From an uncultured Gammaproteobacteria bacterium (GTDB taxonomy: Bacteria > Patescibacteriota > Patescibacteriia > Magasanikbacterales > UBA922), in NCBI GenBank assembly GCA_964597575.1, contig CAZQXB010000001.1:128964-192963 (forward strand): DNA of 64,000 nucleotides, written 5' to 3'. A program made the translations under genes and the position numbers. Shown one piece after another: positions 57,029 to 64,000 of the stretch. Positions within the stretch are counted from its first letter, which is position 1. Each line of letters begins with the position of its first letter. The notes beneath the pieces were generated by a model. It was not told where the DNA came from and searched no databases. It saw only the letters and a program-made list of their open reading frames with translations.

Positions 57029-58783
57029 ATGTCAGAACAACAAAGCCAAATGGATGCTCTGCGTCACAGCGCAGCTCATATGCTTGCCGCAGCAGTACTT
57101 AAATTGTATCCCGATACAAAGCTTGGTATTGGCCCTACCGTTGAAAACGGATTTTATTACGATTTTCTTTTTCCGGAAGGAGTGATGGTGGGTGAGAAGG
57201 AGCTCCAAAAAATTGAGAACGTGATGAGAAATATTTCGGGCGAGGGCCATGCATTTATTGGTAAGCCTGTTTCAGTCGACGAGGCGAAACAATTTGAGAA
57301 AAACCAACCATTTAAGCTCGAACTCATTGAAGAGTTTTCTCAGGAAGGAAAAGACCTGACCTTATATGAGTCTGGTCCATTTACCGACCTTTGCCGTGGG
57401 GGACACGCTGAAAATACAAAGGAAATTCCCATGGGCGGTTTAAAGCTTGATCGAGTGGCTGGCGCATATTGGCGCGGAGACGAGAAAAAACAAATGCTCA
57501 CACGTATTTACGGATATCTTTTTCCCTCAAAAGCTGAGCTCGATGCACACTTAACAATGCTTGAAGAGGCAAAGAAACGCGACCACCGTAAACTTGGCCG
57601 CGAACTCAAATTATTTACTATTTCAGAATTAATTGGACCAGGGCTTCCCCTTATGCAACCAAGGGGGATGATTGTGCGTAAAGCCGTTGAAGATTATTTG
57701 TGGGAACTCCATAAAGATTTGGAATATAGTCGTGTCTGGACTCCTCATATTGCGAAAGTTGCACTATACGAAACATCGGGTCATGCCGCGAAGTTTGGTG
57801 ATGAATTATTTCGTGTTCAAGGAAAAGAAGAAAGTTTCATCATGAAGCCAATGAATTGCCCGCACCACATGCAAATTTTTGCGGATAATCAGTTTTCCTA
57901 TCGTGATATGCCGGTTCGATATTTTGAACCAGCTACCGTGTATCGTGATGAAAAATCCGGTCAACTCGGTGGTCTTACTCGGGTACGTGCTATTACGCAA
58001 GATGACGGTCATTTGTTCTGTCGCAGTGTACAGATTGCTGAGGAAGTAAAAACGATTATCTCAGTTATTAAGAAGTTCTATACAACAATGGGCATGATGG
58101 AGGGATACTGGGTGCGCCTATCCCTTCGCGGTGATGATACGAGTAAGTATCTCGGTTCCGATGAAGTGTGGGCTATGGCTGAAAAGGCCTTAACTGATGT
58201 TTGTGAAAGTGAACAATTGCCATATAAACCAGCAAAAGATGAGGCGGCATTTTATGGTCCAAAGCTTGATTTCATGTTCAAAGATGCGATTGGCCGTGAA
58301 TGGCAGCTTGCCACAATTCAGTGTGATTTTAATTTACCAGAACGTTTCGACCTCTCATTTGTAAATGAGAAAGGGGATCGTGAACGTCCGGTAGTAATCC
58401 ACCGAGCTATCTCAGGGTCATTAGAGCGGTTTATGGGGGTGATGATTGAGCACTTCGCTGGAGCGTTCCCTGTATGGATGGCCCCAGTTCAAGTAGCATT
58501 CATACCGGTATCAGAAAAACACCAAGAAGGTGCGCACGAAATGATGAAACGATTTCGGAAAGAAGGAGTTCGTGTGGATATCGATATGTCGAATGAGACC
58601 GTCGGTAAAAAAATTCGTGCAGCTGCAACCGGCAAAATTCCTTACATTATCGTCGTTGGAGATAAAGAATTGTCAGGTGGGCCATTACAGGTTCGTGTTC
58701 GTGGGCAAGAAGAACCTCTTGTGATTTCTGAAACAGACTTTTTGACGCGAGTGGTACAAGAAGCAAAAGAGCGAGCTGCCTAA
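57029..58783 (+). CDS. thrS: Threonine--tRNA ligase (no N-terminal TGS domain)
   Basis: 'LRHSAAH', 'DLCRGGH', 'RDHRKLG', 'KPMNCP', 'FYGPKLDF', 'IHRAISGSLERF'. Confidence 0.97.
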   Translation: MSEQQSQMDALRHSAAHMLAAAVLKLYPDTKLGIGPTVENGFYYDFLFPEGVMVGEKELQKIENVMRNISGEGHAFIGKPVSVDEAKQFEKNQPFKLELIEEFSQEGKDLTLYESGPFTDLCRGGHAENTKEIPMGGLKLDRVAGAYWRGDEKKQMLTRIYGYLFPSKAELDAHLTMLEEAKKRDHRKLGRELKLFTISELIGPGLPLMQPRGMIVRKAVEDYLWELHKDLEYSRVWTPHIAKVALYETSGHAAKFGDELFRVQGKEESFIMKPMNCPHHMQIFADNQFSYRDMPVRYFEPATVYRDEKSGQLGGLTRVRAITQDDGHLFCRSVQIAEEVKTIISVIKKFYTTMGMMEGYWVRLSLRGDDTSKYLGSDEVWAMAEKALTDVCESEQLPYKPAKDEAAFYGPKLDFMFKDAIGREWQLATIQCDFNLPERFDLSFVNEKGDRERPVVIHRAISGSLERFMGVMIEHFAGAFPVWMAPVQVAFIPVSEKHQEGAHEMMKRFRKEGVRVDIDMSNETVGKKIRAAATGKIPYIIVVGDKELSGGPLQVRVRGQEEPLVISETDFLTRVVQEAKERAA

Positions 58784-58790
58784 AATGTAT

Positions 58791-58825
58791 AAAAAAAGAC
58801 TGACCGTTATGGTCAGTCTTTTTTT
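58791..58825. terminator. Bidirectional terminator
   Basis: AAAAAAAGACTGACC-GTTAT-GGTCAGTCTTTTTTT. Confidence 0.85.
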
Positions 58826-60338
58826 ATTTGGTTAGACGGTCAAGTATTTTTTGGTACTCTGCTTCCAATTTTTCTTCGGGTGTTTTTTCGCGGGTAAAAA
58901 AACGTACAAATTTTTTAGTAAAACCACGCTGAATATCTTGCTGAGTGTTTATCACCTCTAAACCCTGCAATCTCTCTGTGAGAGATTTTTGAAGAAGTGC
59001 TTCTGTGCTAAGCCCATCCCCACTATTTCGTGCAAGTATTTCCTCAAATCTCTGATCATTTCTCACGATAAGCTGTTCTTTTCCGGTAAGAATCCCTGTT
59101 CTGAGAAGAGAAGCCATTTCGTTCGAGAAGCGTCCATACCCTGTTTGTGGACGTGATTCCCAATCGTATTTTTTTAATTCCTGCTTTTGGTTTGGTACCA
59201 GCACTGGGGTTACGCGGGTATTGTAGATGCGAGTAGCTTCAACTTGCATCGGCGCAATTACGGAACTTTCTGACATTTTATACACGGGAGTTCGATCAAA
59301 TTTCGTTTTGTCTTTAGGGTTTTTCATTCCCAAACCCTCATTTTCGTCCGGTTCTTTTAAATCCTTATAAAATTGAAGAACCGGAGGGCTTTTTTCTCGA
59401 TCAGTAGTTTTTGAAGGAAGAGACGTCTCTACGGGATGTTCCGTGATACTCTGAGAAAGATATTGAACTAATTCTGACAACGAAGTTCTTGTGCCCTCAA
59501 ATTTTCTTCTTTCCTCTTCGGAAAGAGAGTGAATGTAATCAATGAAGGCCTGTGGATTGTCTGCAAGGGTTCCCTCTTTTATCATTGAATCTAATGTGGT
59601 GTGAAAATGTTCCGCATTGAGAAGTTCATGTAATGCGTATTTTCTCTGAAGCTCTTCTTGATTAAAGACCATCTTTTCGGGAGCTCTCCGAGGGGGAAGG
59701 GGAGGTGGGATTGCTCCGCTTTTTCTGAGAAGAGGTAGAGTGTTGATTGTGTGATTCAACGATTTAATTTTTTGGTAGATAGGATCATTTTGGTAGTCGG
59801 GTGTACCAGTACTTTCTTCTGAAAGAGGAACCGCAGCGACAAGAAGACGTTTCAGTTTTCTTTTATAGTTGTTGAGTTGAGGGTCATTTTTTTTCTCCAT
59901 GCGAGAAAATTCAGCTCGCGCCTCTTCTTCTGAAATGCCTTGAAGAATCATTCGAATATCGTCCGGAATGAATTCTTTGCCTGTCCCAAGAACATCGCGC
60001 CCCCCTTTTTTATTAAAAGAGATATAATTAAAAAGGTCGTGTATCGAGTATCTTTCTTTTTTACTCTCAATCACATCTTGTTCCTCAAGAAAAGACATAT
60101 GGTCTTCAAGCACGGGGCGTACAAGAACGTGCGAGTCAGTTTCTTGTATCAAAAGATCTTCGGGGGCAAGAGGTTTTTCGTCGTTAACCCGCGGTTGTTG
60201 TAGGTTTTGTATTTTTTCATTTTTGCGACGAACTTCACGCGTTACTTCAGCTTGTTTTTCAATGAGTGCACGCTCGTCTTCGCTCGGGTTTTGTTCGGCC
60301 GGAGGGGATGGGTGCCAGGATTCTAATCGATGGACCAT
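58824..60338 (-). CDS. Hypothetical hydrophilic protein
   Basis: ~500-aa ORF; no motif recognised. Confidence 0.65.
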   Translation of the reverse strand: MVHRLESWHPSPPAEQNPSEDERALIEKQAEVTREVRRKNEKIQNLQQPRVNDEKPLAPEDLLIQETDSHVLVRPVLEDHMSFLEEQDVIESKKERYSIHDLFNYISFNKKGGRDVLGTGKEFIPDDIRMILQGISEEEARAEFSRMEKKNDPQLNNYKRKLKRLLVAAVPLSEESTGTPDYQNDPIYQKIKSLNHTINTLPLLRKSGAIPPPLPPRRAPEKMVFNQEELQRKYALHELLNAEHFHTTLDSMIKEGTLADNPQAFIDYIHSLSEEERRKFEGTRTSLSELVQYLSQSITEHPVETSLPSKTTDREKSPPVLQFYKDLKEPDENEGLGMKNPKDKTKFDRTPVYKMSESSVIAPMQVEATRIYNTRVTPVLVPNQKQELKKYDWESRPQTGYGRFSNEMASLLRTGILTGKEQLIVRNDQRFEEILARNSGDGLSTEALLQKSLTERLQGLEVINTQQDIQRGFTKKFVRFFTREKTPEEKLEAEYQKILDRLTK

Positions 60339-60458
60339 AAAGAAGGAAATAAGATATCTATAGCATATCAACAATAGCCCCTTGACACAAGAATTTTTTT
60401 GCGCTATGCTATGCAGTCGCTTACAATAAACCTAAACCCATCAAGAAAGGGGGTTTCT

Positions 60459-61010
60459 GTGAGTGAAGAAGATAAAAAGATCGTACGCCTCTTCAGCACT
60501 CCTCGGAGTGCAAAAAAAGCTTCCTCAGTAGAGTCTGGTAGTGATCGCTCTTTATCTCCGGTAGTAGATTTCGCCGTCGCGCGTGCCAAAAAGGATCGGG
60601 AATACCCGATGGCGCAGCACTTCATCAATGTAAGTGATGTGAAGGCAACGCTTGAATACACGAAGACCGGTGAAAAAGGTTTCGCGCTCCTCCTCGTGAT
60701 CCATCATTGGGATCAGAAGTTAGCGGGTGCCGAAGAGATCGGGCAAGCCCTTAAAAATGACGTCCGTGCGCTCGTAAAGGACAATGGTTGTTTTAAGGTG
60801 AGCTTTAAACATCTCGAGCGCTCTAGTCCTTCGGAGTTGAGGATCGTCTATACGTGCCTCGGCCCCCGTGAGGAAAAAGCTCCTGGTTTTTACCCCAGGG
60901 ACATGATCACTTTTTTGGTGGCTAATCCAACCGGTGCGATCAAAAATCCGCGGATCATGATTCCGCGGTATGACGTACCTCCAGAGTTACCCCCACGCTC
61001 TGCAGGCTAG
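60459..61010 (+). CDS. Orphan hypothetical protein with its own promoter
   Basis: TTGACA-17-TATGCT at 60382-60410; AAAGGGGG SD before GTG 60459. Confidence 0.6.
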   Translation: MSEEDKKIVRLFSTPRSAKKASSVESGSDRSLSPVVDFAVARAKKDREYPMAQHFINVSDVKATLEYTKTGEKGFALLLVIHHWDQKLAGAEEIGQALKNDVRALVKDNGCFKVSFKHLERSSPSELRIVYTCLGPREEKAPGFYPRDMITFLVANPTGAIKNPRIMIPRYDVPPELPPRSAG

Positions 61011-61085
61011 CCCTGCCCCATGCTCCGGCCATGCGCCGTTCGAGCAGAACGCCCAAAGTATTCTCCTTTGGGCGCTTTCGTTTTT

Positions 61086-61760
61086 TTAAGCAGCTTTTTC
61101 TTGTTCGGTCTCTTCCTCCGGAGCCACATCTTCGTCTTCAGGAAGCCCTAGAATAACTGGCATCGGTGGTTTTTCTCGCAGGCTTTCCGGTAGCTCCTCG
61201 GTTTGAGGAACCGTACTTGATATAAAGTGCGCGAGCATCTCGAGCCCCTGGAGCCCATCACGCTCTTCCTGTGTTCTTCGTAGTTTTCCATCAAGCCGAA
61301 AGCTCTCTTCAAGAATTCTTTTATCAATAAGGGGCTGGACAATGCGCTTGAGTACTTCCCATGTCGGCCATTCTGGGCGAGTCGTGGCAGCGTCACTAAT
61401 AATGTTTTTGAGCCACGCAGCTTCCTTTGCCACTGCCTTTCGTTCGTTTATAGGCATGAGTCTGAACGCAGGAGTAAGTTTTTCGTACATATCGACGATC
61501 TTCCTTTCTCGTGCTTTTTCAACAAATTCAAAATCTTTTTTCGTAAGATCCTTATTTTGACTAGGAAGATTACGTCGATCAGAACCAAAATCCTTTTTTT
61601 CCATACCCTCTTCGGAAAGTTCCGGTGGCGCCTCGCGGTTTTGACGACGTTTTTTGGCGGCTACATCTTTTTGTTTCTCGATAAGCGGGTCATGATACCC
61701 CAGTGCTCGTAATTCATCAGGGTGAATTGCTCTAAGGGCATCTTTTTGAGTACGACGCAT
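61086..61760 (-). CDS. Hypothetical protein
   Basis: 224-aa charged ORF. Confidence 0.65.
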   Translation of the reverse strand: MRRTQKDALRAIHPDELRALGYHDPLIEKQKDVAAKKRRQNREAPPELSEEGMEKKDFGSDRRNLPSQNKDLTKKDFEFVEKARERKIVDMYEKLTPAFRLMPINERKAVAKEAAWLKNIISDAATTRPEWPTWEVLKRIVQPLIDKRILEESFRLDGKLRRTQEERDGLQGLEMLAHFISSTVPQTEELPESLREKPPMPVILGLPEDEDVAPEEETEQEKAA

Positions 61761-61855
61761 ATGATGAAGTTTAGTAAACTATAGTATATCACTTTTTTCT
61801 TATCCACGCATGTACCTTGATTCTATTCTTTCTTTTGGCTATACTTGGGGAAATT

Positions 61856-63190
61856 ATGAAGGCAAATTCTCCCTTTCACTATCACATTCTGACCTTTGGC
61901 TGTCAGATGAACAAGAATGACTCTGAACGTCTCGAGAGTGTTTTGGCGCACATGGGGCTCAAAAAAACAGATACTCCAGAAACAGCTGATGTGATTCTTA
62001 TGAACAGTTGCTCAGTGCGCGAATCAGCCGAAAATCGTATTTTTAGCTTTACTAAAAATTTTGCCGAACTCAAAAAGAATAATCCTAATTTAGTAATTGG
62101 GGTTACGGGCTGTATGCCAGGAAGAGATAAGGATGGAAAAATGCAGGAAAAACTTGCTGGAGCAGATCTCTATTTTCCAACCCGCGACATGACCCGGCTT
62201 CCGAGCATGCTTGCGGCCCTGAACCCCGCCTTCCGTGATATGGAGGATCTCGAGGCCGACTATCTAAAACTCCAACCGACCTATGGCGCATCATTTCAAG
62301 CGTTTTTAACCATTCAAACCGGCTGCAACATGTTTTGCACGTATTGTGTGGTGCCGTACTCTCGGGGGCTTGAAGTGAATCGGTCGCTCAAAGATATTCT
62401 TGAAGAGGCGCGTTCTTTGGTTCTTCATGGGGTGATTGAAATAACACTCTTGGGCCAGATTGTAAATCACTATATTGCTCCTGATCCAGAACATTTTTCC
62501 CCAGAGAACCCGTATAGCAAAAATCATTTTGCTAAGCTTCTGTGGGAGCTGAATCAAATTCATGGGCTGGAGCGGGTTCACTTCACCGCTCCTCACCCGA
62601 TGTATATGGATGAAGAGGCGATTGATGCTTTAACTTTACCAAAACAGGTGAACTTTATTCATCTGCCCATGCAGTCGGGTGCGACAAACGTCCTGACGCG
62701 TATGAATCGCCGACATACGCGAGAATGGTATTTAGATACGGTGAAAAAGATTCGTGCCAAAAAACCAGAGATCGCGATTGGGACGGACATTATTGTGGGT
62801 TTTTCCGGAGAGACAGAAGAGGAGTTTGCTGAAACGTTGTCGGCCTATGAACTGTGTGATTTTGATATTTCATACCCCGCACAGTATTCGAAACGCTCAG
62901 GAACTCTTGGGGTGAAACTTTATAAAGACGACATTCCAAAAGAAGTAAAAAAAGAGCGTTGGGAAAGGTTGCAGGCGTACATGGAAAAAACAACCCAGCG
63001 GAAAAACCAAGCATATCTGGGGCGTACTGTTTCAGTGCTTGTAGATCAATTTGAAGACTCTTGGTGTACGGGAAATTCGAAGGAAATGAAACGGGTGCGG
63101 TTTAAGGGGGACGAAACGCTCGTCGGAACAATTCAAGATGTTTTGATTATAAAGCCCGATGTTTGGATGCTCTTTGGAAAGAAAACGTAG
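61856..63190 (+). CDS. miaB: tRNA methylthiotransferase MiaB
   Basis: 'TFGCQMN..DSE', 'NSCSVRE.AE', radical-SAM 'GCNMFCTYCVVPY.RG', 'TDIIVGF.GET'; adjacent to miaA. Confidence 0.93.
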   Translation: MKANSPFHYHILTFGCQMNKNDSERLESVLAHMGLKKTDTPETADVILMNSCSVRESAENRIFSFTKNFAELKKNNPNLVIGVTGCMPGRDKDGKMQEKLAGADLYFPTRDMTRLPSMLAALNPAFRDMEDLEADYLKLQPTYGASFQAFLTIQTGCNMFCTYCVVPYSRGLEVNRSLKDILEEARSLVLHGVIEITLLGQIVNHYIAPDPEHFSPENPYSKNHFAKLLWELNQIHGLERVHFTAPHPMYMDEEAIDALTLPKQVNFIHLPMQSGATNVLTRMNRRHTREWYLDTVKKIRAKKPEIAIGTDIIVGFSGETEEEFAETLSAYELCDFDISYPAQYSKRSGTLGVKLYKDDIPKEVKKERWERLQAYMEKTTQRKNQAYLGRTVSVLVDQFEDSWCTGNSKEMKRVRFKGDETLVGTIQDVLIIKPDVWMLFGKKT

Positions 63191-63231
63191 TATACTACCC
63201 TTGAATGGGTGATATTCAGTATCTTGGTTCT

Positions 63232-64000
63232 ATGGTTCCTAAAAAACTCCCAAAAATCGTGGTCCTTCTTGGGCCAACTGCTGCCGGAAAGACCGAGTGG
63301 AGTTTGCGTTTAGCAAAGGTATTTAAAGGCGAGATTATTTCAGCTGATTCTCGGCAGATCTATAAAAAGATGGATATTGGAACAGCAAAACAACCCGGTG
63401 CCTGGGCACGGCAGGGGTTAAGTAAGGTCTACACGGTAAATGATATTCCTCATCACCTAATCGATTTTCTTGATCCAGGAAAGCCGTTTACGGTAGCTCA
63501 GTTCCGCGACCGAGCAGTGAAACATATAAAAATGGCCCACCGCAATCACCGTGTACCGTTTCTTGTTGGGGGGACTGGGCTTTATATTTCGGCGATTGTC
63601 GATAATTATCATATTCCTCGCATCTCGCCGAATAAAAAACTCCGAACGAGTTTAGAAGAAAAAACGAAAGAAGAATTAATGCAGCTTTTGGTGTCGCTTG
63701 ATCCGGAAACTGCGTCGGTGATTGATGCGAATAATACTCGCCGCGTGATCCGAGCTCTTGAGGTGTGTATTTTGACTGGGCAACCTTTTTCGACGCAGCG
63801 CGAAAAAGGAGAGGTCCTTTTTGACGTTCTCCAGATTGGTGTTGATGTTCCCCGGGAAACGCTTTATGAACGTATTCATAAGCGGGTAGACGGTATGATG
63901 AAGCAAGGACTCCTCCAAGAAGTAGAGGCGCTTATGAAACAAAAATATGCCTGGCATCTACCAAGTATGAGCGGGGTCGGATACCGTCAATTTAAAGAAT
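63232..64000 (+). CDS. miaA: tRNA dimethylallyltransferase MiaA (runs off the window)
   Basis: Manual translation 'VVLLGPTAAGKT...IISADSRQIYKKMDIGTAK...VGGTGLYI'; alternative start at 63205. Confidence 0.93.
   Translation, partial: MVPKKLPKIVVLLGPTAAGKTEWSLRLAKVFKGEIISADSRQIYKKMDIGTAKQPGAWARQGLSKVYTVNDIPHHLIDFLDPGKPFTVAQFRDRAVKHIKMAHRNHRVPFLVGGTGLYISAIVDNYHIPRISPNKKLRTSLEEKTKEELMQLLVSLDPETASVIDANNTRRVIRALEVCILTGQPFSTQREKGEVLFDVLQIGVDVPRETLYERIHKRVDGMMKQGLLQEVEALMKQKYAWHLPSMSGVGYRQFKE

Overview
Bacterial chromosomal window (genetic code 11) with a gene repertoire typical of Patescibacteria/CPR (Parcubacteria/ABY1-like; the taxonomy is inferred). It holds a type IV pilus assembly cluster (pilB-pilC-pilM-pilN-pilO-like), rpsF-ssb-rpsR, minor pilins, and a tandem array of 12 TrbC/VirB2-like pilins, several with Cys-rich extra domains. 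It also holds tRNA-His and tRNA-Arg, a Xer-type recombinase, and housekeeping genes (trxB, rpe, rpiB, ileS, ruvA, gyrA, rpsA, ftsH, thrS, miaB, partial miaA), with T-box leaders on ileS and thrS. The most unusual part is a ~5 kb minus-strand accessory unit at 44.3-49.3 kb, between ftsH and a divergent TrmB-type regulator. A consensus sigma70 promoter is followed by ~700-800 nt of apparently non-coding, heavily structured sequence (GNRA/UUCG-capped hairpins and a duplicated module; a candidate large ncRNA). Next comes a string of short, compositionally mosaic genes, including a CRISPR-less Csx3/Crn3-like ring nuclease and a P-loop ATPase. These genes are punctuated by 4 clear copies and 1 divergent copy of a covarying two-hairpin repeat. 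All calls were made by eye; no database searches were run.
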